The translations under genes and the position numbers were made by a program. The notes below the pieces were generated by a model. The model was not told the origin of the DNA. It ran no database searches and worked only from the letters and a program-made list of their open reading frames with translations. Shown here piece by piece: positions 31,587 to 41,716 of a stretch of DNA of 64,000 bases (the first letter of the stretch is position 1; each line of letters opens with the position of its first letter). The stretch spans positions 416,001-480,000 of the forward strand of contig CBDHDG010000004.1 in assembly GCA_965261595.1 (NCBI GenBank). Reading direction: 5' to 3'. The DNA is from a bacterium (GTDB lineage: Bacteria > UBA8248 > JACPRG01 > G963555815).

Positions 31587-32195
31587 TTTAAATCAAGACA
31601 ACTCTTGTATTGACCACCCGTTGCTCTTTAACTCAATTAGAGCCCTCTTTACCGGGGCTGTCAACACCATTTCGGGCGCCTGAAACCCTGATCGGAGCGG
31701 TATCCGCCATTGGAAAACCATGTCAGCGCCGGCGTGTAAACGGGCTTGACCACCAGGTTTGGAGTCTTCGTCATTTTGCCCTTGTGTGGACTCCGCTTAG
31801 GGTCGCTAGACAGGCACCGGGCATCATCGCTTGATTCTCTCCAAGATAAGGGCAAATGTCTTCCTGGATACACCGACCTCGGCCAACTGGAAGGTGATGT
31901 GGCGGGCGTACCGCACGAGCCGGCCGCCCATTTTGAGGAGCTTAAGCTGAAGGCCGCGTAACGACCAGTGCTTGATCCCTCTCGGCAGGCCAGCAATCCC
32001 GCATCCGAAGTCATTCTGGTTCCGTGAAACTCAAGCCTCAGCCGACGCTCAAAACGGACCTTCAACGCCCACTTTTTCGCTTCACCCATTGGATTACCCC
32101 GCGAGAGGATGGCTCGGGGAGGCTCATGCATTGATTTTACTCCAGAAAATGTCCTCCGGTCCGACAAAAGTTATGATCCATATGGGATATCTGGG
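31587..32195 (-). mobile_element. Internally deleted IS1380 relative (MITE-like)
   Basis: MGEAKK...[11 protein letters not shown] joined directly to IKHWSLRGLQLKLLKMGGRLVRYARHITFQLAEV. Confidence 0.8.
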
Positions 32196-32759
32196 TAAAA
32201 ACCCATCGCCAGCGCGACGACGAATCCGGCGATCGATACCTGTGGGCGCGAGGCCATTTTGAATTTGATTTTCTCCGCCGCCCCCGCCCCTCCCGCGCTT
32301 ACGGAAGACATGGCGAAACACAGCGCGGCCAGCCACGCGAACCTTCTCCCCACCCTCCCCTTCGAGTCACCGGGAACCCGCACGATTCGAGTCTCGCAAG
32401 AGCAACGCCCATTTCATTCGGGGCGTGCGCACTGACAGCGATGGCGCATAAGGCGGCCCCTCGCTCCAGCCAAAACCGGATGCGTCCTTTATCCGGTTTT
32501 ATACGCGGAATTGTCAAGTAAGAGCGCTGACAAGGAGTCCTCGGCCGAGGAGAACTTTGAAGGCGTCTCAGGGGGACTCCCGCTTTAAAGATACGTCGCG
32601 GGATTTAGCGGGTTGATGAGGTTGGAGCAGGCTCCGGCGGTTTGTTATTCGGCCCAATGAAGACGACTTGCGGAGAAAGCGTCAATCCATTGAATATCGA
32701 AACCCCCTTTTCAAATTCAAGATTCAGGACCTGACCCGGTATATCTTCATCTGGTGCAT

Positions 32760-33188
32760 TCACGGCAAACTAACGAATGAATGCAACCCATCCAACTCGG
32801 GCAAGAGCACGACGCTCTCCTGTTCGTTGGGATCGGTCCGGGCAAGCACAATGCGACAAGGCTCGTCCTTGCTGTTGTTGTACGGCAAATGGGGCATGCC
32901 CGCCGGAATGTACAGAAATTCTCCGGGCTTGACGGTTGCATGTTCCTCCAACATTTCCCCATACCACATTTTGGACTCGCCGCTTATGACGTAAACGGCC
33001 GTTTCATGGTTTTCGTGAAAGTGCGCATGGCCCCGTCCCCCGGGCGGAATGGTCAGCATATGCATGCAAATGCCTTGCGCTCCGGTGTTTTCGGCCGCGA
33101 CATCTTTCGAATATGTCAGTCCCTGTTTGCCTTGGTATGTCTGCCCCTGCGGGATCACCCTACAGGTGAGCTTACTTTGTGTCGTCAT
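32760..33188 (-). CDS. Cupin domain protein
   Basis: IPPGGRGHAHFHENHETA, YIPAGMPH. Confidence 0.85.
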   Translation of the reverse strand: MTTQSKLTCRVIPQGQTYQGKQGLTYSKDVAAENTGAQGICMHMLTIPPGGRGHAHFHENHETAVYVISGESKMWYGEMLEEHATVKPGEFLYIPAGMPHLPYNNSKDEPCRIVLARTDPNEQESVVLLPELDGLHSFVSLP

Positions 33189-33617
33189 GTTTGATTGTCC
33201 CCCAATGTGCGGCTTTGAGAAGGAATTGTTGAACTTGACCCTGAATTTCAATTCCCCTCTTCTGGCCGCAAGCCTAAGGATGACGAGCAAAATACGGCGG
33301 GTCATGACTCTGATCCCCGGCAGGTGGCTTGTTAACCCTAATTTAGATACAATTCCCATGCCGGAGCTTTCCAGACGCCTCGGCCGAGTCATCCCGGGGC
33401 CTCTTTGTGGAACGATTTGCGTTTTCAAGAAGTTTCGGTCGGCGGCGGTGTTCGATCACGATCGCGTTGAAAAGCCGGGCCGCGTCTCGTCGCCGTACAT
33501 CTCTCTTCCCCCCCCCCGTCCAGGTGGATCTACTGAAATAGTGGTACAACCTTCAGAGTCAGATCCGTTGGGGAATCCCGGTCCGCGGTCCGAAAGCGGT
33601 CCTCCATCAAACCCCCC

Positions 33618-34514
33618 GTGAGGTCCGTTGTTTCACTGGACATTGGGAAATACATTCAACCGCCCCGACAAGCAGGGAGAAGAGAATTGGAGGAGATCGC
33701 CCCGGGCGTTTTCGCCGAGACCGGGCACACCGGGTGCAACAACGCCTGCATCGTCACGGACGGGGGTATCGTTCTGGTCGACCCGCCGATGTGTCCCAGT
33801 CAAGCGGTGTCCTGGAGGGAAAGGACTTCCGGCCTGGGCGAGCTCAAGTTTGTGATCAACACCGAACACCACTGGGATCACATCGGAGGAAACTGCTTTT
33901 ACCCGGAGGCGCGGGTCGTCTCGCACACTCTGACGCGGACGGGCGCCGTCGATGGGATGGAGGCGTTCGAATTCTGGCGCGACAGGATGAAGACGTTGGA
34001 CCCGGAGGGCGCGGATCTGCTCGGAGATTATCAGGTCAGGTTGGCCGAGCTGACTTATGAACAGACCTTGACCTTGCACCTTGGCGGACGGGAGATTCGC
34101 CTCATCCACAAACCTGGACACACCGAGGGGCAAACGCTGGTCTATCTGCCGGACGCCCGGGCGCTCCTGCCGGGCGACAACGTCCTTTGGGATTGGCCGC
34201 CCCTGTTGGAATCCGGCGTCGGGGGCGCATGGCTGGCCTGCCTTGATTTCATTGAAACGCTGGATTTGGCCGTCATCGTTCCCGGCCATGGACAGGTGTG
34301 CGGCAAGGAGGCCCTTCCCCCGCTGAGGAATGACCTCAGGGAACTGATGGACCGGGTCCGGGAATGCGTCGGTGAGGGGATGTCCGAGGAGGAGACCCGC
34401 GGCCGCGTCCGGTACGACCGCCGGTGGAAATCGGTCCCCGACTCGTTTCACAAACGTTTCGAGCTCTTCTACGACCTGGGCGTTGCCCGGCTCTATCGCG
34501 AGCTGGGGGGTTGA
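33618..34514 (+). CDS. MBL-fold metallo-hydrolase
   Basis: NTEHHWDHIGGN, PGHTEG, PGD, PGHG. Confidence 0.88.
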   Translation: MRSVVSLDIGKYIQPPRQAGRRELEEIAPGVFAETGHTGCNNACIVTDGGIVLVDPPMCPSQAVSWRERTSGLGELKFVINTEHHWDHIGGNCFYPEARVVSHTLTRTGAVDGMEAFEFWRDRMKTLDPEGADLLGDYQVRLAELTYEQTLTLHLGGREIRLIHKPGHTEGQTLVYLPDARALLPGDNVLWDWPPLLESGVGGAWLACLDFIETLDLAVIVPGHGQVCGKEALPPLRNDLRELMDRVRECVGEGMSEEETRGRVRYDRRWKSVPDSFHKRFELFYDLGVARLYRELGG

Positions 34515-34572
34515 GGCGAGGTGTCACCCTCCCCCCTTTCTCCCCCCAAAAGCTATCGAAACAGCGCCTTCC

Positions 34573-35501
34573 TCAGCCGCCGGAATCATCCACAGGCTTC
34601 CCGCCGGCCCGGATCGCGGCGAAAAACGCGCTGGGGATGTCATGGTTCCAGATGCCGGAGCTCTCCTTGCCTTCCCAGCGGAGGGGTTTGTAGTTGTCCT
34701 CGTCGAGGATCTGATCGAGCTCGGCGAATATCTCGATCACGTTTCCATCCGGATCGGGGTAGAAGACAAACAGGCTATGCCCGGGGCCATGGCGTCCGAT
34801 GCCCCAGAGAGAGCGGACACCGTTTTTCCACGCCACGTCGGCCGAGTCCTTGATGGCCTTGATGTCCGCGACCTCGTACCCTGTGTGATGCATGGTGCGC
34901 GCGGGTCCCCGGGCCATGCCGGTTGTGTGGTGGTCCGGGTTGCAACGGAGAAAGACGAAAAAGTCCTCGATCCAGTCCGAGACGCGGAATGCCAATGTCT
35001 CCGTGAAGAACGCCGCGCTCTTCCGGGGATTCTCGGCATTCAGGATCACATGCCCAGCTTTGTGGGCTTGGCCGCGTGGGGGATCTCCGGACCGATGCTC
35101 TCAGCCATCCCCGCGCAGATTTCGACCCGGTTCCCCTCCGGGTCGCGGAAGCGGACGCCGTAGGGGCCGCCCGGCTCGTCCCATTCCGCGGGGCCGGCCA
35201 GGATCGTCGCCCCGGCGTTCTTCAAGACGCGGGCGGATTCGTCCACGTCAGAACGGTCGGGGACGGCGAAGGCCACATGGTCCAGGCCGAACCCGCCCGT
35301 CATCTCCGGGTCGGCTGGATCGGCGTAGCCGGAGGGGTAGAGCGCCAGGGCGTGGTGAGAGGGGCCGCGCCGCATGTAGGCCGTTCCGTCCGGACCGCGC
35401 TCGGTCAGGTCGATGCCGACAACGTTCCGGTAAAACCGGATGGAGCGTTCCACGTCGGCCACCCGCAGGGCGTGATGGCTCAGATGACTCAACGGGATCA
35501 T
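34573..35501 (-). pseudogene. VOC-family (extradiol dioxygenase-like) protein, frameshifted
   Basis: 1-bp deletion near 35051 breaks KLGHVIL; two VOC domains, DPEGNRVE and DPDGNVIE. Confidence 0.8.
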
Positions 35502-35573
35502 CGCGGATCTCCCGGTTGAATGCGCGGCAAGCATAAGTGCGCACTCACGCTTTTTCGGAAACCGGCCTGCCGG

Positions 35574-36461
35574 TCAGAACTTCTGAAATCCCCCGGGAAC
35601 CTCTGATTCGCCGAAATGAACCGGCGTATAGAAACTCGCGGTCGTCTCGGGCGGAGCGGCCTCGGCATATTGGTCGATGTTGCAGTAAATCTCGAGGGCA
35701 TGGCCGTCCGGATCGAGAAAATAGATCTCGATGTGATGTCCCTGATTCCAGAATCCCGGCCCTTTTTCGATCTTCACGCCCCGCTCCTTCAGGAACCGCT
35801 CCGCGCGCGCCACCTCCGACGTATTTCCGATGTCGAAGGCATAATGGTGAAGGCCGAGGGGGCGTCCCTCCGGCATGGGCAGCAGCCCCAGGTCGTGATG
35901 GTCGGGCCCGCACCGGAAAAACGCCAGCCCCATCTGGTTGTATTCGGTCACCCGGAGGCCGAATTTGTCCTGATAAAACGCTTCGGAAGCGTTTCTGTCC
36001 GCAACCTTGATGACCACGTGCCCCAGCTTTCGGGGGGAGATTGGCCGGTCCTCCACCCCGCCGGGCGCCGGATTCGGGCGTTCGTTTCCGTTTGCCGGGG
36101 AGATGATCCACACGATGTTGCCGGCGGGGTCGGAGACGCTGAACCCGTCGGCGCCGGGCCGCGGACCCTCCCCCGGCTCCTTTGTGATGACGACGCCGCC
36201 GTCCCGGAGCTTCCGCGCGAGGTCCTCCAGATCCGCCGCGGGGTCCACCTCGTAACCGAACTCCGCCGGCGATGCGTTTCCGTCTCCGTCCTCCGACGAC
36301 AGGGCGAGGGCGAAACGCCCGTCCCGCCCGCCGAGCCACGCGCCGCCGTCCGGCGTCCGCCCGAGGAGGTCCAGCCCCAGGATGTCCCGGTAAAACCTCT
36401 CGGCCCGCTCGGGGTCTGAGACCCGCAGCCGGATATGGTCGATTCTGGTCAACGGCAGCAT
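35574..36461 (-). CDS. VOC-family (extradiol dioxygenase-like) protein
   Basis: KLGHVV, DHHDL, LHHYAF, YFLDPDGHALE. Confidence 0.85.
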   Translation of the reverse strand: MLPLTRIDHIRLRVSDPERAERFYRDILGLDLLGRTPDGGAWLGGRDGRFALALSSEDGDGNASPAEFGYEVDPAADLEDLARKLRDGGVVITKEPGEGPRPGADGFSVSDPAGNIVWIISPANGNERPNPAPGGVEDRPISPRKLGHVVIKVADRNASEAFYQDKFGLRVTEYNQMGLAFFRCGPDHHDLGLLPMPEGRPLGLHHYAFDIGNTSEVARAERFLKERGVKIEKGPGFWNQGHHIEIYFLDPDGHALEIYCNIDQYAEAAPPETTASFYTPVHFGESEVPGGFQKF

Positions 36462-36622
36462 TTTCGAACCCCCAAAAGGCGATAGTCAAGCGGCCGTGCG
36501 CGTCGCAAGGGCCGGGGTTTGCTTGGATTCCGCTCGCGAAGGTATGATAACAACTTCAGGAAAAGCGGACAATCCACTTCCGGCCGATCAACCCCGGAGG
36601 AAATCCAGCACGGGAGGAAGCG

Positions 36623-37537
36623 ATGGCTCGGTATGCGCTGACGAGTTATGAGCGGGAGGGCGAATTCAGGGTCGGTCTCGTCGTTGACGGAAAAGTCTAC
36701 GACTGCGTGAACGCCTGGGACGAAGTCCTCGGGGCCTCTCTGATCGGGGGCGATTACCCCATCCACGAGATGCTGGAGAACCTCGATGAGATCCATCCCC
36801 AAATCGAGGAGCTGGCCGGCGGCGTCGCGGACATGGATCGGCACGAAGTGGAAGAATCGGCTTTGCGCGCCCCCCTCCTCTACCCCCCCTCTATTTTCTG
36901 CGCGGCGGCCAATTACCGGGCGCACGCCGAAGAGATGGGCGGCGAGGTCACCGACAAGTCCAAGGGCGACCCGTACTTCTTCCTGAAAATCCCGCACCTG
37001 TGCGTCATCGGACCCGGCCAAACGATACGCCTTCCCGCCAACTCGGAGAAGGTGGACTGGGAGGTCGAGCTGGCCGTCGTCATCGGCCGGGGGGGGACGG
37101 ACATCCCCGCCGATCGGGCCCTCGACCATGTCGCCGGGTACACCGCGTTCAACGACATCTCCGCGCGGGACAGGAATATGCGGGCCGAGTGGAAATTCAA
37201 ATGGGACTGGTTCGGCGGAAAGTGCGCGCCGACCTTCGCCCCGATGGGCCCTCACATCACCCCGAAGGCATACATCCCGGACCCGAACAACCTGAATCTG
37301 AAACTCTGGGTCAATGACGACCTGATGCAGGACGCGAACACGGGCAACATGATCTACAACGTCCAGGATCAGATCGCCTACCTGTCTACGATGGTCTCTC
37401 TCTGCCCGGGCGACGTCATCGCGACGGGGACGCCTGAAGGGGTGGGCATGGGGCGCGGCGTGTTCCTGAAGGAAGGGGACAACGTGTCCATCGAAGTTGA
37501 AGGGATCGGCCGCATCACTAACCCCGTCGGCAAATAG
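36623..37537 (+). CDS. Fumarylacetoacetate hydrolase family protein
   Basis: NYRAH, DWEVELAVVIG, NDISARD, GDVIATGTPEGVG. Confidence 0.92.
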   Translation: MARYALTSYEREGEFRVGLVVDGKVYDCVNAWDEVLGASLIGGDYPIHEMLENLDEIHPQIEELAGGVADMDRHEVEESALRAPLLYPPSIFCAAANYRAHAEEMGGEVTDKSKGDPYFFLKIPHLCVIGPGQTIRLPANSEKVDWEVELAVVIGRGGTDIPADRALDHVAGYTAFNDISARDRNMRAEWKFKWDWFGGKCAPTFAPMGPHITPKAYIPDPNNLNLKLWVNDDLMQDANTGNMIYNVQDQIAYLSTMVSLCPGDVIATGTPEGVGMGRGVFLKEGDNVSIEVEGIGRITNPVGK

Positions 37538-37897
37538 GCGCTTGCGCGCCGGCCAAGCTGCGGATGTAAGTGCTCGTGCTTATCGCACCTCTTCGGCGCA
37601 CACCTTACATCCGTTGAAAGATCAAAGGGTGGCTATCCCGGCCGCCGCCAAAGCGAGGTGGAGGTCTCAAAATAAATTGACACTTCACCGCTTGCGGAGA
37701 AGCGGCAAGGGGTCAACCGGCCAAACACCCGCCCTGCCTGTTTTGAAATACCGAGTTTACACCTTTCGGTAGGCCGGTCATCCTACCCGGCGGGAAAGGG
37801 ACCATTCGCGTCTCGATATGTAAAACCATTTAAGAGACACTATACGAGGACGATCTATAGCTCCTCACCACGACGATTCAGTAAGGAGTAAGCGGAG

Positions 37898-39355
37898 ATG
37901 GCTTATCGGGACCTGCGCACCTTCCTGGACGACCTTCGGGAGGCGGGCGAGCTGGCCCACGTCGAGGTCGAGGTCGACCCCAATCAGGAAATCGGCGCGA
38001 TTTGCCGGAAGGTCTGCCGCGAGGGCGGTCCGGCCCTGTTGTTCGAGCGGGTCAAGGTGACGGACATCTCCTTCGCCGCCAACGTCTTCGGCAGCCGCGG
38101 ACGCATCGCCCGGGCCTTCGGGTGCGACGGCTACGAAACCCTCGGGGACAAGTGGTCCGACCTGACGGGTCGCGGCGGAATCCCCCCGACCCTCGTCGCG
38201 GACGCGCCCTGCCAAGAGGTGTTCACCGACGGCGACGGCCCGCTCCTCGATCTCATCCCCTGGCCCGTCTGGAACTGGAACGACGCCGGTCCGTATATCA
38301 CCCTCGGCGTCTGCATCGGGCGAGACCGGGAGTCCGGCCATCACAACGCCGCGCCCTACCGCATGCTGCGCCTGGACGGCCGCCGGGCGACGATGAACTT
38401 CGCGCCGGGGCGCGACCTGGGAATCCTCCGCTCGAAATACATCGAAGCCGGCGAGCCCATGCCCGCGGCCGTGGCCATCGGCGTGGACCCCATGACGGCC
38501 TTCGCGGCCGCCTGTCCCTTCAACCCGGAGGTGGACGAGCTGGACATGGCGGGCGCCTTGCTGGGCGAGCCCCTCGAGATGGTCCAGTGCCGCACCATCG
38601 ACCTCGAAGTCCCCGCCACGGCGGAGATCGTCCTGGAAGGCCGGATCGTCCCAGAAATCACGGCGCCCGACGGACCCTTCGGCGAATATCACGGCTATTA
38701 CGGACCACCCCACCGGGTCCCCGTCTTCGAGGTCTCGGCCGTCACCCATCGGAAGGACCCCATCTATCAGGGCCTCTATATCGGCATGCCGCCCACGGAG
38801 AACGCCTATTTTGAAACCGCCTCAATCGAGCTGGAGATCCACCGGGGGCTTCGGAGCGTGCCGGGTTATCTTCGGTTCAACATGGTGATTGCGGGCGCGA
38901 GACGAAACGGCGTTCTTCAAATCCGCAAACACTTCGAGGGCCACGGCAAAATGGCCGGCCTGGCCCTTTTGGGGCTTCACGCCGCCAGCGACATCAAGAC
39001 CGCCATTATCGTGGACGACGACATCGATCCCTTCGATTGGGACGCCGTCAACTGGGCGCTTTCCACGCGCTTCAACCCGGCCGTGGACGTCGAGATCATG
39101 ACCGGACTTCCGGGAAACCCCCTCGATCCGGCCATGCCCAAGGAGGAAGCGTACAAAGCCAACCGGATCTCGAAGATCATCCTCGACGCCACGAAACCGC
39201 TGATCGAGCCGCTCCCCGACACCTGCCTGCCGCACCCCGAAGTGATGGAGGCGGTCCTGGAGAACTGGGCGCGGTACGGAATCGGCCGGGCCGTCGGCGC
39301 AACACGGGAGGGGGGGGGAAGCGGCGATACGCCCGATGTGTCCGCGGAACCTTAG
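37898..39355 (+). CDS. UbiD-family prFMN-dependent decarboxylase
   Basis: YRDLRTFL, GPALLFE, VPATAEIVLEG, GPFGEYHGYY, VDDDIDP, WALSTRF. Confidence 0.92.
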   Translation: MAYRDLRTFLDDLREAGELAHVEVEVDPNQEIGAICRKVCREGGPALLFERVKVTDISFAANVFGSRGRIARAFGCDGYETLGDKWSDLTGRGGIPPTLVADAPCQEVFTDGDGPLLDLIPWPVWNWNDAGPYITLGVCIGRDRESGHHNAAPYRMLRLDGRRATMNFAPGRDLGILRSKYIEAGEPMPAAVAIGVDPMTAFAAACPFNPEVDELDMAGALLGEPLEMVQCRTIDLEVPATAEIVLEGRIVPEITAPDGPFGEYHGYYGPPHRVPVFEVSAVTHRKDPIYQGLYIGMPPTENAYFETASIELEIHRGLRSVPGYLRFNMVIAGARRNGVLQIRKHFEGHGKMAGLALLGLHAASDIKTAIIVDDDIDPFDWDAVNWALSTRFNPAVDVEIMTGLPGNPLDPAMPKEEAYKANRISKIILDATKPLIEPLPDTCLPHPEVMEAVLENWARYGIGRAVGATREGGGSGDTPDVSAEP

Positions 39356-41336
39356 AATCCATCCCGCCCCAAGGCCGACAGACCTTCGCCGGCATGCGCC
39401 GCGCCGTCCCGGGCGATGGTTCGCAGCGAGTCTCCGGATTCCTCTTCTTCCGCTTCTCTTTCTGAGCCTTGCCGAACGCGCTATATCCGCGCCCGCCCCG
39501 ATGCCAAAGTCCGTTTCGGCCCCCTCCCCCTCCCCCTCCCCCATCTCACAACCCGGCCCACGTTTCTATGCCGCTTCCTGGGCGGTGGTTGTCGGGATCG
39601 ATCGGTACGCTTCCTCCGGGATCCCCCGCCGCCCCGGCGCGGAATCCGACGCCGCCCAGGTCGCCCGCGCCCTCACACGTCTGGGGTTTCCGCGTATAAA
39701 CATCCGGCTCCTGAGGGGGCCGCGCGCAACCCGCGCCGCAATCCTTCGAACGCTTGAGCGCGACTTGAAACCCCGCATGAGGGAGCGCGACAGACTGTTC
39801 GTCTATTTCTCCGGCCGCGCCGCCACCGTGAAGATTCAAGGCGAGGATGCGGGATTTCTTCTGTCCTACGACGCGGAGGTCGCGCGTTGGCCGCCTCATG
39901 CCTCGCCCTATCTGCACGCATCCCCGGTGCGCGCCCTGGGCATGCGCGACCTCCTCTCCACATTGAAGGGGCTCGCCCCGCGCCACAAGCTGGTCGCCCT
40001 CGACGCCTCCTTCAGCGGATACGGTCTCCCGGTGAAGGACCTCCACGCTGTCGTCGGCGCGCCGACCATTCCCGATATCGAGCGGTAGCTCCGCCGGTCC
40101 GTCACGCACGTTTTTACGGCGGGACGCGCTGGTAGGGCGGTACACGCCGGGCGGCCGGCCGCTTTCACGCGGAGCGTGTTCACGAGACACCTCTTGGACG
40201 GCCTCGCGGGAAAGGCGGACACGGCCGGCGGCCGCCCCGACGGGGTGGTGGGCTTCGATGAGCTGGCCGCTTACGTTCGTAACCGGATGGTCCACGCGCC
40301 GGCTTTCTCCTCGCCGCCTCAAGCGGCGGAGACCGGCGACGGGCGGTTTCTTTTCCTGGTTCCATCCAACGGATCATCGCGCCCGGGGGCGTCGCTCGCC
40401 GGAGGAACATCCGGCGGCCGGTTGGGTTTCAACAAGCTCGGCGTCGCTTACGTGGAAGAACACCTGCGGCTGATGAAACGCGACCTCGGCGTCCGGCCGG
40501 TCAAGCTTCACCTCGGGTTGCACGCCCGAGAGTCCGGGCCGAACTTCGTAAATTACGACAAGGTTGTGAACGCCGCCGTCTCGCTCGGACTCCCCTTTGT
40601 TTTGACCATGGCCTACGTTCCGGACGCGTGGATTGAGACCTACGGGCCGGCCGGCTGGCAGTCCGTCTGGATCGAGAGGTATCTGCTGCCGTCCGTCCGG
40701 CGTTACGCCGCCAAGCCGGGATTCATCGGGATGGAGATCTGGAACGAGCCGTTTTACCTGAACTGGTCGAAACGGCATACGCCCCGAGAGGTGTTTCCCG
40801 ACGCGGAATCTTACGCGGCCTTTCTGAGGAGATGCCGGCGGGCAATCGCCGCCGCCGGGCTCGATGCGCGGTTGATCTCGGCGGCCACCATCAACATCCT
40901 CCAGGGGGGCGACAAGTTTTTTCGGAAGGCGATTCGGCTGGCGGAGCTGCTGCCGCCCGGCGTGGCCTACAATCTCCATCTTTATGGAACCGACGTCCTC
41001 CGGTTCATTGCCTACGCGCGGGAAATCAAGTCCGTATTGAAGGAAGGAACGGACATCTTCATCACCGAATTCGGCGACGGCAGAAGGGAAAACCACTTCT
41101 TCGTCTACAACTGGATGCGCCCCATCGTTGATTTCATGCTGAGACCCAAGTTTATTTTCTGGTATCGGCTGATTGCCAACGCCAAGGAGAAGGACAGCCG
41201 CTCCCACGCATTGCTGCGGTATTCCGACGACCCGCGAAATCCGGTCGAGTCTCCGCTCTATCAACTCATGAAAAAAGAGCACGCGGATAGCAAGGACCGC
41301 TCAGGGCGGTCCCTTCCCGGGAGGAAAACGCGATGA
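39336..41336 (+). pseudogene. Caspase-like (C14) domain fused to a clan GH-A glycoside hydrolase, one in-frame TAG
   Basis: SWAVVVGIDRY, FVYFSGRA, LDASFSG, SVFTRHLLDGL; EIWNEP and ITEFG; TAG at 40086-40088 in frame with both ORFs. Confidence 0.7.
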
Positions 41337-41653
41337 TCACCGGCAACCTCTTCTCCGGCATCCCGGAGCACGCGCCCAAAGAGGTCTTCGAGCGGCTTCT
41401 CGAAACACCGCACCTCAAGCTGGAGCGCATCATCTCGGCCGGCCATGCGACCCCGCCCGGAAAGTGGTATGACCCGCACACCGACGAGTGGGTCCTCCTG
41501 CTCTCCGGCGCCGCCCGGCTTCTCTATGAAGACGAGGAACAGCCCCGGGAAATGCGCCCCGGCGACTACGTTCTCATCCCCGCCCGCAAGCGCCACCGGG
41601 TCGAATGGACGGACCCCGTCCAAAAAACCGTCTGGCTCGCGCTGCATCATTAA
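41333..41653 (+). CDS. Cupin domain protein
   Basis: LERIISAGHATP, EWVLLLSG, IPARKRHRVEWT. Confidence 0.88.
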   Translation: MITGNLFSGIPEHAPKEVFERLLETPHLKLERIISAGHATPPGKWYDPHTDEWVLLLSGAARLLYEDEEQPREMRPGDYVLIPARKRHRVEWTDPVQKTVWLALHH

Positions 41654-41716
41654 CGGCCCCGGGACGTGTTACACTACAGGCCGAAAATCCGACAAACCCC
41701 AGAGAAAGGAACGACT

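Larger units (their letters stand above)
28485..32195 (+). mobile_element. Composite IS1380-family unit, copy A (IS1380 plus inverted internally deleted relative), containing IS3 copy 4
   Basis: Ends CCCGCATTTCCCATATGGAT / ATCCATATGGGATATCTGGG; 5-bp TSD TAAAA; internal IS1380 right end at 31570-31586. Confidence 0.9.
27627..32383 (-). pseudogene. NMT1/THI5-like ABC substrate-binding protein interrupted by the composite IS1380 unit
   Basis: Signal peptide at 32383-32270; ALAMGF/YKKEGLDV rejoined after removing 28485-32195 and one TAAAA. Confidence 0.85.
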
